A stretch of DNA of 64,000 nucleotides. It comes from Dehalococcoidia bacterium. GTDB taxonomy: Bacteria > Chloroflexota > Dehalococcoidia > UBA2979. The notes beneath the pieces were generated by a model, which was not told the DNA's origin, ran no database searches, and was given only the letters and a program-made list of their open reading frames with translations. This document shows, one piece after another, positions 52,112 to 62,776 of this stretch; within the stretch, counting starts at the first letter, position 1; every line of letters starts with the position of its first letter. A program made the translations under genes and the position numbers. The stretch lies in NCBI GenBank assembly GCA_029941115.1, contig JAPYRK010000007.1, positions 2,042 to 66,041 of the forward strand. The letters are read 5' to 3'.

Positions 52112-52369
52112 CTAGGCGGGATTAACTGACACTTTCTTTCTTCGGCCCTTCGCATAAGGTGCGAAGTCAACAACTCCATCAACTTTTGCCCACAGAGTAT
52201 GATCTCGTCCTACACCTACATTCTCACCTGGATGAATCTTAGTTCCTCTCTGTCGAACTATGATGGAACCCGCGGACACAACTTCACCGCTATATTTCTT
52301 TACACCCAAACGCTTACTATTTGAATCTCGTCCGTTGGATGTTGAACCGCCTGATTTTTTATGGGCCAT
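52112..52369 (-). CDS. rpmA: 50S ribosomal protein L27
   Basis: [24 protein letters not shown]. Confidence 0.9.
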   Translation of the reverse strand: MAHKKSGGSTSNGRDSNSKRLGVKKYSGEVVSAGSIIVRQRGTKIHPGENVGVGRDHTLWAKVDGVVDFAPYAKGRRKKVSVNPA

Positions 52370-52391
52370 TTCCTACTTCTCTCTGAAATCT

Positions 52392-52706
52392 CTAAACCAT
52401 GATCTGGCTGATTTGAAGGCGCGTCATCATCTGGTGATGACCTTTCTTTTTTGCCTGTCTGGTTTTATTCTTAAAATGAAAAAAGAGTACTTTATTAGCC
52501 CTCGTTTGTTCGACTACCTCTGCTGATACGATTGCGCCCTCAACTCTAGGTGTTCCGATCCGCGTATCACCCTCTTCTCCGCCGACCAAAAGGACGTCAT
52601 CAAACTTCAGAATATCTCCTGGGTTTCCAGTGATACGTTCTACGTCTAGTACATCGCCTTCTTCAACGCGATATTGTCGTCCACCAGTACGGATAATAGC
52701 GTACAT
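52392..52706 (-). CDS. rplU: 50S ribosomal protein L21
   Basis: MYAIIRTGGRQYRVEEGD, with GAGG RBS upstream. Confidence 0.9.
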   Translation of the reverse strand: MYAIIRTGGRQYRVEEGDVLDVERITGNPGDILKFDDVLLVGGEEGDTRIGTPRVEGAIVSAEVVEQTRANKVLFFHFKNKTRQAKKKGHHQMMTRLQISQIMV

Positions 52707-52751
52707 CAAAACCTCACAAATTTAATTCAATCAATAATTCAAATGAAACAA

Positions 52752-52781
52752 TAGAATATGATGGACCGCTGTTTAACGTCA
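52752..52781 (-). promoter_or_regulatory. candidate sigma70-like promoter for rplU-rpmA
   Basis: On the minus strand, TTGACG (52781-52776), an 18-nt spacer, then TATTCT (52757-52752), about 45 nt upstream of the rplU start. Confidence 0.3.
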
Positions 52782-52795
52782 ATATTAAATGTTTA

Positions 52796-54739
52796 TCACG
52801 AACCCCATACAAGACCAGGCTTGCCTTGATTCGGTTTCCTGTCTGGATCTTCTTTAGATTTTCTGGAGACCGCCGCGCTCGGGTCCGTGGGGGTAGCGTT
52901 GTCCACGCGTGAAGCCCTATATTCCCCAGTTGGATCAAGAATAGCGATTAAATCGTCACCCTCAAGTGTTTCAACCTCAATCAAATGCTCAGCGAGTCGA
53001 TCTAATACTTCTCGCTTATCGCGCAATATTTGTTTGCACTTCTCATGAGCCTCAGCTATAAGTCGCTTAACTTCGATATCAATTTCCTCGGCAGTTTTTT
53101 CAGAGTAATCTCTCTCCTCACTGATGTCGCGACCGAGAAACACCATAGATTGACGCTTACCAAAGGTTCGAGGCCCCAGTGCTTGTGACATGCCCCACTG
53201 AGTCACCATATTTCGGGCAATCTGCGTTACTTTACTAATGTCATCATGGGCACCAGTGGTCATTTGACCAAACACTAATTCTTCCGATACGTGCCCACCT
53301 AGAGCCATAGTCATCATAGCTTCATAATAGGATCGATCCTGTAGCTGTCTGTCATCATTGGGTAAAGATCTAGTGAATCCGCCTGCCATACCCCTGGGCA
53401 CGATCGTTACTTTAAACGGGACATCAGCATCATCGGAAAAGTACCCTGCAACGGTATGACCCGCCTCGTGGTATGCAATAATTTTCTTCTCGGCAGGCGT
53501 AATAACCCTAGATTTACGCTCGGGACCTGCTATAACCCGATCTATCGACTCATTCAATTCATCCGAGCTTATTCGTTTTAGATCCCGCCGAGCGGCTAGG
53601 ATTGCTGCCTCATTAACAAGGTTAGCCAAATCAGCTCCACTAAAGCCCGGCGTTTGCTGAGCCACAGTTTCAAGGTTTACATCAACATCGATCGGTTTAC
53701 CTTTTGAATGCACATCCAAAACCTGCCTGCGCCCTTTGACGTCTGGCAGCGCAAGCATGACTTGACGATCAAATCTACCAGGTCGCAGCAAAGCCGGATC
53801 AAGAACATCCGGTCTGTTAGTAGACGCGAGCACAATAACACTCGCTGCAGACTCAAATCCATCCATTTCAACCAATATCTGATTCAACGTTTGCTCACGT
53901 TCATCGTGGGACCCGCCTAGGCCGGCACCACGTTGGCGACCCACTGCATCTATCTCATCAATAAAAACAATAGCCGGTGCTTGTTTTTTTGCCTGGTCAA
54001 ATAAATCTCTCACCCGGGATGCACCAACACCCACAAACATTTCAACGAACTCAGATCCAGAGAGATGAAAAAATGGCACACCGGCCTCACCAGAAACTGC
54101 ACGCGCAATCATCGTCTTGCCAGTTCCGGGAGGTCCGACCAGTAATACTCCATGGGGAATACGTGCACCAAGACTTGAAAACTTTTCGGGGTACTTAAGA
54201 AACTCAACGACCTCACCAAGTTCTTGAACAGCTTCATCTTGACCAGCAACGTCGGCAAAGTCAGTGGTTGGCTGCTGTTCATTGAACTTACGAGCCTTGC
54301 TCTTACCAAACGACATTGCTTGATTGTTTGCTCCACCTGCCTGCCGCATCATGAATAAAATCAGTGCTCCCAAGATAATCAGGGGCAGGAACGAAATAAA
54401 GGCGCCAAGTACACCAGAAAGTCTGCCCCCACCTGATATTTCAACTTCGACCCCGTCTAGACCTACCGCTACATCATTGCCTCGTAATATCTCTTCCAGA
54501 GAAGATGAGGTTTCTTTCCTAGACACTACTGGCTCAACCTGGTCAATCAAGTAGACTCGCAAATTATCATCATCGACCGAAATCTTACTTACATTTCCTG
54601 CCTGTGCCTCAGCGATTACCCAAGAAAGTGGGCGAACACCTGTTCCGGTCTGCGGGCGGACCAAAAGAACCACCACTAAAACAAGCGTGATTAACACCAA
54701 GAAATAGATAAAAAAGTTTCGAGTCGAACGAGATTTCAT
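52796..54739 (-). CDS. ftsH: ATP-dependent zinc metalloprotease FtsH
   Basis: N-terminal TM helices, AAA Walker [17 protein letters not shown] zinc site. Confidence 0.9.
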   Translation of the reverse strand: MKSRSTRNFFIYFLVLITLVLVVVLLVRPQTGTGVRPLSWVIAEAQAGNVSKISVDDDNLRVYLIDQVEPVVSRKETSSSLEEILRGNDVAVGLDGVEVEISGGGRLSGVLGAFISFLPLIILGALILFMMRQAGGANNQAMSFGKSKARKFNEQQPTTDFADVAGQDEAVQELGEVVEFLKYPEKFSSLGARIPHGVLLVGPPGTGKTMIARAVSGEAGVPFFHLSGSEFVEMFVGVGASRVRDLFDQAKKQAPAIVFIDEIDAVGRQRGAGLGGSHDEREQTLNQILVEMDGFESAASVIVLASTNRPDVLDPALLRPGRFDRQVMLALPDVKGRRQVLDVHSKGKPIDVDVNLETVAQQTPGFSGADLANLVNEAAILAARRDLKRISSDELNESIDRVIAGPERKSRVITPAEKKIIAYHEAGHTVAGYFSDDADVPFKVTIVPRGMAGGFTRSLPNDDRQLQDRSYYEAMMTMALGGHVSEELVFGQMTTGAHDDISKVTQIARNMVTQWGMSQALGPRTFGKRQSMVFLGRDISEERDYSEKTAEEIDIEVKRLIAEAHEKCKQILRDKREVLDRLAEHLIEVETLEGDDLIAILDPTGEYRASRVDNATPTDPSAAVSRKSKEDPDRKPNQGKPGLVWGS

Positions 54740-54893
54740 TAGATTTGCTTCCCTTAGGTCTTTATTAAGGGCAAAAAGCGCCGAAATTGCTCATCTCAGA
54801 CACCCCGCCACACCTCATAGTCAACTACACAATTATAGCACGCAGAATTAAGGTCAAACTAGCCCCGTAACACGGTAGCCAGTGCGCCTACTA

Positions 54894-55091
54894 CTAGTCC
54901 TCATCCTCTTGATCGATATAGAGTTTGCCATCCCAAGCCCAGTCCTCAACATCGTGCTCAGTGAAAATCACATGTGTTGAAGCCGGTTCGGTATGGGCAA
55001 CATTACAAACGGCGTCGGTAATTAGTCGAACAAGTTCTCGTTTCTGGGCCAGAGAGCGCCCCGGCAACATTTCAATTCTCACGATAGGCAT
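54894..55091 (-). CDS. 4-oxalocrotonate tautomerase family protein
   Basis: 65 aa starting MPIVRIEM (catalytic Pro1 after Met removal), beta-alpha-beta tautomerase length. Confidence 0.7.
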   Translation of the reverse strand: MPIVRIEMLPGRSLAQKRELVRLITDAVCNVAHTEPASTHVIFTEHDVEDWAWDGKLYIDQEDED

Positions 55092-55150
55092 ACACTACTC
55101 CAAACCTGATTGAATTTTACTTGAGAGGTTAATATAGCCTGAATCCCACT

Positions 55151-55834
55151 ATGAACGAGACCATATCAAACAATCACGCAACTCTGACAAATACGATGAA
55201 TGCGCGATCGAAGCCGGACTGGACATTCGAGGACGAGTATTCTCGAAATTTTCCGCTGCTGGTTGCCGGTGTTGATGAAGTCGGGCGTGGTGCATTGGCC
55301 GGCCCAGTCGTAGCTGCTGCTGTAGTGTTTCCGCCCGATTTAAACCGTGCCGAACCATGGATTGGCCAAATTAAGGACTCGAAAAAATTAAATTCAGCTT
55401 CCCGTCTTGAGCTCTCCAAGATAATTATAAACAAGTGCTATGTCGGTTTCGGAGAAATTTCCGCACACGTGATTGATGCAATTAATATCCGACAGGCTAC
55501 GCTTCTAGCTATGAGAAAAGCCGTAAATAACTTGCATATAGAGCCTGACCGAGCAATAATCGATGGAATTGACTGTATAGGGCTTAGCATAGAAGAACTA
55601 AGCATAATTGGCGGGGATTCACGTTCGGTAACGATCGCCGCGGCTTCGATAATAGCAAAAGTTAGGCGAGATAAAATCCTCACTGAGCTCGACACTCACT
55701 TCGGTGGGTACGGTTTCGCTGAACATGTAGGATATGGAACTCGACAACACATCAAGGCTATTAATGAGTTGGGTCCCTGTGTTGTGCACCGTTTTTCATT
55801 CAAACCTATAAAAAACGCTCTAAAACGGGTGTAG
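55151..55834 (+). CDS. rnhB: ribonuclease HII
   Basis: LVAGVDEVGRGALAGPVVAAAVV catalytic DEVGRG motif. Confidence 0.85.
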   Translation: MNETISNNHATLTNTMNARSKPDWTFEDEYSRNFPLLVAGVDEVGRGALAGPVVAAAVVFPPDLNRAEPWIGQIKDSKKLNSASRLELSKIIINKCYVGFGEISAHVIDAINIRQATLLAMRKAVNNLHIEPDRAIIDGIDCIGLSIEELSIIGGDSRSVTIAAASIIAKVRRDKILTELDTHFGGYGFAEHVGYGTRQHIKAINELGPCVVHRFSFKPIKNALKRV

Positions 55835-55845
55835 AAGGAGTAATA

Positions 55846-56247
55846 ATGAATGATCGAGCGAAATTGCTTGGTGTAGCTGGCGAACGGATTGCGAGTGAGT
55901 ATCTCGAAAAGCAGGGTTACTTCATCCGAGAGAAAAACGTCGAAATTTCTACAAAGAATTTATCGGGTCAGATCCCAGTAATCGCTGAAAAAGGCGATCT
56001 CACCGTATTTGTTGCAGTCAAACTCCGGACAAGCAGAAAGCAAGGACCAAGCCTAAATAATATCTCCCCTGCTAAGCTCGCGAAGCTTCGGGCACTAGGG
56101 AGCGTATACTCAAAGAAGAATAAGATTCCAGCTGAGCAGCAATTTCGAGTGGACTTAGTCTCGATCGAGCTAACGGTTGGTGGAGATGTTGGTCAACTTA
56201 CACATGTTCAGGGAGAGATTGAAGCTGGTCTAGAGGTCGTGAAATAG
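55846..56247 (+). CDS. yraN: YraN/UPF0102 family predicted endonuclease
   Basis: GERIASEYLEKQGYFIREKN... UPF0102 pattern, in the conserved position downstream of rnhB. Confidence 0.7.
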   Translation: MNDRAKLLGVAGERIASEYLEKQGYFIREKNVEISTKNLSGQIPVIAEKGDLTVFVAVKLRTSRKQGPSLNNISPAKLAKLRALGSVYSKKNKIPAEQQFRVDLVSIELTVGGDVGQLTHVQGEIEAGLEVVK

Positions 56248-56330
56248 TCTAAAGTAAAGGGTGAGGCTGTCCGATTAGACCAGATTAAGAATTCGCCGAT
56301 TGTGCAACAATGTTAGGTAAGTAAATACAT

Positions 56331-56744
56331 ATGCCTATATATACGTTCAAATGTAATGACTGCAAGCGAAAAGTAGATGTGCTCGTTCGATCGCGGTCTC
56401 GAATCAGTGAGGCAAAATGCCCCGCATGTCAGGGCGCTGATCTACATCAAATAGTTGCAAAAGTAGCCAGGGTAAGATCTACTGGTGAAAGATTAGATAA
56501 TATTGATGTTAATGCTGAACTCGGCCAACTTGAAGGAAAAGATCCTGCTGCATTTTCCAGATGGGCAAGGAAAATGGGTACTCAATTTGACAGTGAGCTA
56601 GGTTCTGATTTTCAGGAACTCGCCGACCGAGCAGACGCGGGCGATGACCCAATTGAACGGTTCGATGCCGAACATACTTTACGATACCGGATCGACCAAG
56701 CAAGAAATCAATCCAACGGGAGTTCTGAGGACTTTTCTATTTAG
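56331..56744 (+). CDS. FmdB-family zinc-ribbon protein with acidic C-terminal extension
   Basis: MPIYTFKCNDC...CPAC: MPxY.FKC..C N-terminus with two CxxC pairs. Confidence 0.6.
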   Translation: MPIYTFKCNDCKRKVDVLVRSRSRISEAKCPACQGADLHQIVAKVARVRSTGERLDNIDVNAELGQLEGKDPAAFSRWARKMGTQFDSELGSDFQELADRADAGDDPIERFDAEHTLRYRIDQARNQSNGSSEDFSI

Positions 56745-56764
56745 AGATCTGAAGGGAATATCAG

Positions 56765-57103
56765 ATGCCTCTTTTTGAATATCGCTGCAGTGCCTGCTCG
56801 ACCCTCACAACTATTCTAATCCGAAACGTGTCCAAGAATAAAACTCCTCCAACTTGTGAATCATGTGGCTCCGTCAGCCTTACCAAAGTGATGTCGAAAG
56901 TGGGCCGACTGCGTTCAGCTCAAGATGTTATCGAGGAAAAAGGCACCCCACGAGAAGGACAAGCATACGAGGATCCTAGGCAGATAGGCGCTTGGGTAGA
57001 GAAGCGATTTGAGGATTACGGTATGCCGATTCCCGATGATACTCGTAATATGATCGATGCGGCACGAGATGGAGTTTTCCCAGACGAGATATCTGACATC
57101 TAA
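56765..57103 (+). CDS. FmdB-family zinc-ribbon protein (paralog of preceding gene)
   Basis: MPLFEYRCSAC...CESC, same architecture as the upstream gene. Confidence 0.6.
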   Translation: MPLFEYRCSACSTLTTILIRNVSKNKTPPTCESCGSVSLTKVMSKVGRLRSAQDVIEEKGTPREGQAYEDPRQIGAWVEKRFEDYGMPIPDDTRNMIDAARDGVFPDEISDI

Positions 57104-57266
57104 AAGTACAAAGTTATCCGATTGTCTCTCCCCACGTCGCCATTAAGACTGTGCGCTGTTAATATCGCTCTAGAATTTCATAAGGGTCCTGATGACCAAG
57201 GTCGAGTTACGTGAAGTCACCTTGCCTTGCCATTAGGATAATCCGCCTAAGAAAGGGATTAGAACA

Positions 57267-59381
57267 TTGGATACAAATATTGAAAGTTTCTTATACATTG
57301 CTCTAGTGGTCGGGGCGATCGCAATTGGCTTTGCCTTACTCAGGGCTCGAGCAGTTATGGCGGCAGCTGATGGCAACGACGCTATGCAACGAATTGCGCT
57401 GGCGATTCAAGAAGGAGCTGCATCCTTTCTAAAGCGCGAATATACCTTCCTCGCTGTCTTTGTTGCAGGTATGTTTGTTGTTCTGCTCATTTTCATCGAC
57501 TTGGATGCCCTTACAAAACTAGAAGATGTTAAGAATCCAGACACATTCAAATTTGCGACCTCAATTTCATATGTAATTGGTGCAATTCTTTCTGCTGGGG
57601 CTGGCTATCTAGGCATGATGATTGCTGTCCGAGCTAACGTTCGCACGGCCGCATCAGCACAGGATGGGCTTAATAGTGCTCTAAAAGTAGCGTTCAACTC
57701 TGGAACAGTCATGGGTATGACTGTGGTTGGGCTCGGGCTGATAGGACTAACATTGTTATACCTAATCTGGCAGGATCCAGCACCTTTGGCCGGATTCGCG
57801 TTCGGAGCTTCTTCAATCGCCTTATTTGCCCGAGTTGGTGGCGGCATCTTCACTAAAGCAGCTGACGTCGGAGCTGATCTCGTCGGTAAAGTCGAAGCAG
57901 GAATTCCCGAGGATGACCCGAGAAACCCGGCAACAATCGCTGATAATGTTGGCGACAACGTTGGGGACGTTGCTGGAATGGGAGCAGATCTTTTTGAATC
58001 ATACGTAGGATCAATGGTTGCTACTATGACTCTGGCTGTGCTTGCTGTCGCGGGAACGAGTGCGGTCGGTAGTAAAGAACTCTTTGATGGCAGCGCCGAC
58101 TACGCGTCTAAACCCATTGTTCTGCCGATTTTAATAGCGGCAATCGGCATAGTGTCTGCGATCATTGGCACCTTCTTTGTAAGAACAAAAGAAGGTGCAA
58201 CGCAGGGTGGCCTGCTCTGGGCTCTAAGAAACGGAGTATTCGCAGCCTCAGGTCTTGTATTAATTGGAGCTGCTATAGCAATTCAGACCCTTGAATTAGA
58301 TTGGGCTCTGTTCTGGGTAATACTAGTAGGCTTAATAGCGGGCCAAATCATTGGTACGGCTACTGAAGGCTTCACCTCTTCAGAAGGTTTTAACATTGGT
58401 CCAATCAGCTACAGCCCTACGGTTGACTTAGCAAAACAGGCTGAAGCCGGTGCGGGCCCAATTATTATTGGTGGCCTTAGTTTAGGAATGTTATCCACTG
58501 TAATTCCAATGATCACCGTAGTTATCGCATTAATTATTGCAAATAGTCTGGGCGGCTTTTACGGAGTAGCGTTGGCTGCGGTCGGTATGCTAGCCCCATT
58601 GGGAATAACTTTAGCCACCGATGCATATGGTCCCGTTGCTGACAACGCCGGCGGTATAGCCGAGCAAGCCGGTCTCGATCCTGAGGTGCGTGAGCGAACT
58701 GACGCTCTTGACCAATTAGGAAATACTACTGCGGCCACTGGCAAAGGATTTGCCATTGGCTCGGCCATGTTGACGTCAATAGCACTCTTAGCAACATTTG
58801 CGACGGTTACTAATCTTGGATTAGAGGATCTGAGCCTACTGAAAGTAAATGTCATGGCTGGCTTACTTATTGGCGCGTTAATGCCTTTTGTATTCTCGGC
58901 ACTCTCGATGGGGGCTGTTGGTCGTGCTGCACAAGCGATGGTAGAAGAAGTGAGAAGACAATTTCGCGAACACCCAGGAATTATGGATGGGTCTGAACAA
59001 CCTGATCACGAGCGTGCTATTAGAATTTCGACCGATGGCTCGCTTCGAGAAATGATCGTACCCGGGTTCTTGGCCGTATTAGTCCCAATCGTCGTTGGAA
59101 TTATTTTCGATGCCCCCGGCCTTGGTGGGCTCCTTATTGGATCAATCGCTGCTGGTTCAATGCTAGCGATTATGATGTCGAACTCTGGCGGAGCATGGGA
59201 TAACGCCAAGAAATATGTCGAGGAAGGGCATTTTGGTGGTAAAAACTCTGAGGCTCACAAAGCCGCTGTAGTTGGAGATACCGTTGGCGATCCGTTTAAG
59301 GACACGTCTGGTCCATCACTCAATATATTATTAAAACTGATGGCAATTGTTGCAGTGGTTTTTGGACCGTTGTTCCTATAA
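57267..59381 (+). CDS. hppA: membrane-bound proton-translocating pyrophosphatase
   Basis: 704-aa polytopic protein with GDTVGDPFKDTSGPSLNILLKL and DNVGDNVGD motifs. Confidence 0.9.
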   Translation: MDTNIESFLYIALVVGAIAIGFALLRARAVMAAADGNDAMQRIALAIQEGAASFLKREYTFLAVFVAGMFVVLLIFIDLDALTKLEDVKNPDTFKFATSISYVIGAILSAGAGYLGMMIAVRANVRTAASAQDGLNSALKVAFNSGTVMGMTVVGLGLIGLTLLYLIWQDPAPLAGFAFGASSIALFARVGGGIFTKAADVGADLVGKVEAGIPEDDPRNPATIADNVGDNVGDVAGMGADLFESYVGSMVATMTLAVLAVAGTSAVGSKELFDGSADYASKPIVLPILIAAIGIVSAIIGTFFVRTKEGATQGGLLWALRNGVFAASGLVLIGAAIAIQTLELDWALFWVILVGLIAGQIIGTATEGFTSSEGFNIGPISYSPTVDLAKQAEAGAGPIIIGGLSLGMLSTVIPMITVVIALIIANSLGGFYGVALAAVGMLAPLGITLATDAYGPVADNAGGIAEQAGLDPEVRERTDALDQLGNTTAATGKGFAIGSAMLTSIALLATFATVTNLGLEDLSLLKVNVMAGLLIGALMPFVFSALSMGAVGRAAQAMVEEVRRQFREHPGIMDGSEQPDHERAIRISTDGSLREMIVPGFLAVLVPIVVGIIFDAPGLGGLLIGSIAAGSMLAIMMSNSGGAWDNAKKYVEEGHFGGKNSEAHKAAVVGDTVGDPFKDTSGPSLNILLKLMAIVAVVFGPLFL

Positions 59382-59419
59382 GCAGTCACTGAGTAAAGAA
59401 ACGGGTAAGGAAGTAACAA

Positions 59420-59868
59420 TGACAAACATTCAAATTGGGCAAGACGCTCCAGGCTTTACTCTGGTTGCCGAGGCAGGAGAGGAAGTAACCTTATCGTCTT
59501 TCAAGAGTGAAACAGTCGTCTTGATCTTTTATCCATTTGACTTCTCGCCCCCGTGCACTAGTGAAATGTGTACTATTCAAGACGATTTTTCTGGCTGGGA
59601 TACGTGCGGGGCAAAAGTATTTGGCATAAGTAGAGATAGTAAATTTTGCCATGCAGCCTTTAAAGAATCACAAAATTTACCCATATCTTTGCTCGCTGAT
59701 ACAAAGGATGACGTCGCGAGAAGATACGATGTCTGGAATGAAACGGCCGGATTTGCCGAACGTGGGACATTCATTATCGATGGCGAAGGAAAAGTAACAT
59801 ACACAGTGCATAATCCAGCACCTGAAATTCGAGATCATTCCGTAATTGAAGAGTATCTCAGAGGCTAA
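59420..59868 (+). CDS. peroxiredoxin, AhpE-like (AhpC/TSA family)
   Basis: LIFYPFDFSPPCTSEMC peroxidatic Cys motif, ERGTFIID. Start moved to the ATG at 59420 behind RBS GTAAGGAAG. Confidence 0.75.
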
Positions 59869-59904
59869 TTGAGCTGTTCATTTTTTTGGTTAAGGTAGTG
59901 TCAC

Positions 59905-60300
59905 GTGAATCTCGCTGATCTCAATGTTGGGACAACGCTCAACATTAAGCTGAATTTTTCAGTTGAGAAGATATCCGAGTATCTCGTAGCAACCGGTGAT
60001 GGTTCGGATATGTGGATCCGAGAATCAATAGTTCCTCCACCACTAGTGGGTGCCGGAATTTTAGCGGAATTGATGAAGCAAGTTAAACTGCCGGCCAACC
60101 TAATGCATACCGGACAAGAACAGACAGCTTACAGCACAGTGCCAGCTAATTCAGACCTCTTAGCCAGCGTAACCCTAACCCAGTATTCCCAGCGCCGAGG
60201 AGCAATCATAGCCACGTTCGAAGCAAATCTAGTTGATGTAACTCAAGTTTTGCTATTTCGAGCAAAATTCAGTGGCCTAGTTCCACTAGAACTCAGTTAA
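59905..60300 (+). CDS. hotdog-fold protein lacking hydratase catalytic motif (HadA-like partner subunit)
   Basis: 131 aa, hotdog-like. The hydratase-2 D..H motif is degenerate (ATGDGSDMWI). GTG start. Confidence 0.5.
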   Translation: MNLADLNVGTTLNIKLNFSVEKISEYLVATGDGSDMWIRESIVPPPLVGAGILAELMKQVKLPANLMHTGQEQTAYSTVPANSDLLASVTLTQYSQRRGAIIATFEANLVDVTQVLLFRAKFSGLVPLELS

Positions 60301-60314
60301 TTCGGGGAGTAAAT

Positions 60315-60707
60315 ATGGACAAATACCCAGACCACCTGCCAATAATTACGCTCAGCATTTCTCAAGCACTCGTTGACAAATACAGCGAGGCATCCGGAGA
60401 CCATAACCCCATTCATCAAGATACAAAGGCTGCATATGAAGGCCCGTTTGGACAACCAGTAGCCCATGGGATGTTAGTTCTTTCGACCGCTTCACAAATC
60501 ATGACGACTACCTTTGACAAACAGTGGGCTGAAAAAGGCAACCTGAAAGTCCGCTGGAAGTCACCAGCACTAATCCCAAACAACATACACACGTCAGCCC
60601 GACTGAAATCCGCGAGCCAAGAACAGGTAACGTATGAAATAGAGTGCAAAGACGACAACGATACTCTGCTGTTCTCTGGGACTGCGACTCTGCGCCTAGA
60701 CCCCTGA
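60315..60707 (+). CDS. MaoC-like (R)-specific enoyl-CoA/ACP hydratase, HadB-like catalytic subunit
   Basis: Hydratase-2 motif ASGDHNPIHQD...AHG. Confidence 0.7.
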   Translation: MDKYPDHLPIITLSISQALVDKYSEASGDHNPIHQDTKAAYEGPFGQPVAHGMLVLSTASQIMTTTFDKQWAEKGNLKVRWKSPALIPNNIHTSARLKSASQEQVTYEIECKDDNDTLLFSGTATLRLDP

Positions 60708-60759
60708 CCGCAAAATCCATGAGGGTTTTATACTGTCGATTCGTCTTACTATAAGGTCT

Positions 60760-61875
60760 ATGAAGGCAAGATATTTTCGATCACTACTCTGGGCTGTGGC
60801 TATCATGGCTATCTTGATAATCGTGTACCAAGCACGTATCGCACTGATACCCTTCATAATCGGCACGCTTTTCGCGTACATGGTTTCACCACTTGTCGAC
60901 CGGATTTCGAAAATTATACCTGTACGAACACACCGTGGAGACGTATGGCGTAGAGGTATTTCCGTTCTCGTCGTGTACGCGATCGCCTTGGGCGGGCTTA
61001 TAGCGCTTTTTTCAGCGATAGCGCCGTTGGCAGCTGAACAGACTCGCTCGCTAGTTGATAATCTTCCAGAACTACTTGAAAATGCACGGGTTCAATCAAA
61101 TATCTGGACTGATCAAGTGAGAGAGCTGCTTCCAGAAAGTGTTCGAGCACGATTCGACCAGTATCTAGGGGATTTAATCAAATCGTTCAGCAATGGAGCA
61201 ACTCGCACAATTGAGAACTACCTTGGTGTAGCCAGCAGCGCGATCACGACTACTATCAGCATAATCCTTGGATTCTTAGTCGTTCCTTTCTGGATGTTTT
61301 ACGCAATTAGAGATAGACACTTCGTCGAGAACAATCTTACGAACACTGCTCCAGAAGAGATTCGAGACGACATCAAAAATATTGCGAAAATAGGTGACTC
61401 GGTACTCGGAAGGTACATCCGCAGCCAGTTAATATTGGGGTTAATCGTTGGAACCGCAGTAGGCGTGGCATTACAACTCTTAGGAGTACAATGGGCTCTA
61501 TGGTTGGGCGTATGGGCAGGTTTCACCGAACTAATCCCACTAGCTGGTCCATGGATAGGAGCCATTGCCGGACTTATCCTGATTGCAGCAACCGAGCCAA
61601 GTCTCTTTATATGGGTTGCTTTGGTTTACTTAGGAATTCAAGCGATTGAAAACATGTTTCTCGTTCCAAGAATTCAAGGCCGTGCTGTGCAGATACACCC
61701 AGGTATGGTCTTATTGCTTCTTGTGGTTGCCGGCTCAATATGGGGGGCGCTGGGGGTGATACTTATCGTTCCAATTGCTGCTCTTGCGAGAGAGCTTTTT
61801 TGGTACGCTGACCACCGACTTAAGGGCAAGAGCCCGACTGAAGCATACGAAGAAACCCACGTAGCACAACTGTAG
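60760..61875 (+). CDS. AI-2E family transporter (PerM/UPF0118)
   Basis: 371-aa polytopic protein with the AI-2E pattern (start MKARYFRSLLWAVAIMAIL). Confidence 0.7.
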   Translation: MKARYFRSLLWAVAIMAILIIVYQARIALIPFIIGTLFAYMVSPLVDRISKIIPVRTHRGDVWRRGISVLVVYAIALGGLIALFSAIAPLAAEQTRSLVDNLPELLENARVQSNIWTDQVRELLPESVRARFDQYLGDLIKSFSNGATRTIENYLGVASSAITTTISIILGFLVVPFWMFYAIRDRHFVENNLTNTAPEEIRDDIKNIAKIGDSVLGRYIRSQLILGLIVGTAVGVALQLLGVQWALWLGVWAGFTELIPLAGPWIGAIAGLILIAATEPSLFIWVALVYLGIQAIENMFLVPRIQGRAVQIHPGMVLLLLVVAGSIWGALGVILIVPIAALARELFWYADHRLKGKSPTEAYEETHVAQL

Positions 61876-61945
61876 TCACAAATATCTTGAAGTTATTTCA
61901 ACATGACTATTTGATCGTGACAACAAACTGACTGACTATTGCATA

Positions 61946-62776
61946 GTGACAACTGAATCTTTACCCTACACCGTCCTTCTTATTCTCGCCCAGCTCACGG
62001 TGGGTTCGCTCGTCACCCTAAGTATATTTAGTGTCCGATTCCAACTGACACGGGGATATTTATTAACAAGCGCCGCGACTGTTTTGTCTTTTGCAATTCT
62101 TGCTTCAGGAACTATTTTGAGCCTAGAAATACCAAAATCAATATCAGGCTTCGTAGTCAACAAACAAGTAGAAACACTCGCAAGATTGCTACTACACGGA
62201 ACACTCATACTATCCGCTCTACATTTAATTAGTTTATGGAAATTAGGAGCAACGTTATCCAGAGCACTCTGTATTTTAGCTGCCACAGTAGGTTCAGTAG
62301 CGATCCTTACTTTAGCAGCACTATTTTCACAACCAGCATGGTCCTACCTAATTGTTGCGATTAACTTCACTTTAGGCAGTTTGGTACTTGGAGGTTCGTT
62401 GATGGCCATGCTCTGGGGGCATTGGTATCTAACTTCGGGTAAGCTGCCGAAAGAACCTATGGTGGCAATGGCCAAATTCACTCTGGGGGCTCTCCTATTA
62501 CATGCCCTGTCTACGAGCATATTCTCGGGTCTCCCCGCGGCATCGCCGCCAATTAATGAAATTGCTCTTAGTAATCTGTACCTTAACGCGAATTTCTGGT
62601 TACGCCTGACGATCGGTTTTGGGTTTCCAATTGTGGCAACGTGGCTAGCGTGGCGTGCAGCTCGAATAAACGGAATGATGTCCACAACTGGGCTTCTCTA
62701 TCTTGCACTCGGAGCGATTCTTGGAGGTGAAACATTAGGTCGAGCATTGTTTTTCACTACAGGAGTTACTACATAA
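61946..62776 (+). CDS. hypothetical polytopic membrane protein
   Basis: 276 aa, about 8 hydrophobic segments. No family recognised. Confidence 0.4.
   Translation: MTTESLPYTVLLILAQLTVGSLVTLSIFSVRFQLTRGYLLTSAATVLSFAILASGTILSLEIPKSISGFVVNKQVETLARLLLHGTLILSALHLISLWKLGATLSRALCILAATVGSVAILTLAALFSQPAWSYLIVAINFTLGSLVLGGSLMAMLWGHWYLTSGKLPKEPMVAMAKFTLGALLLHALSTSIFSGLPAASPPINEIALSNLYLNANFWLRLTIGFGFPIVATWLAWRAARINGMMSTTGLLYLALGAILGGETLGRALFFTTGVTT

Noticed and set aside
52714-52938. 74-codon ORF overlapping the ftsH 3' end and the rplU upstream region
   Set aside because: It is antisense-frame noise within and beyond the ftsH coding region. The region is better explained as the ftsH C-terminus plus an rplU promoter.
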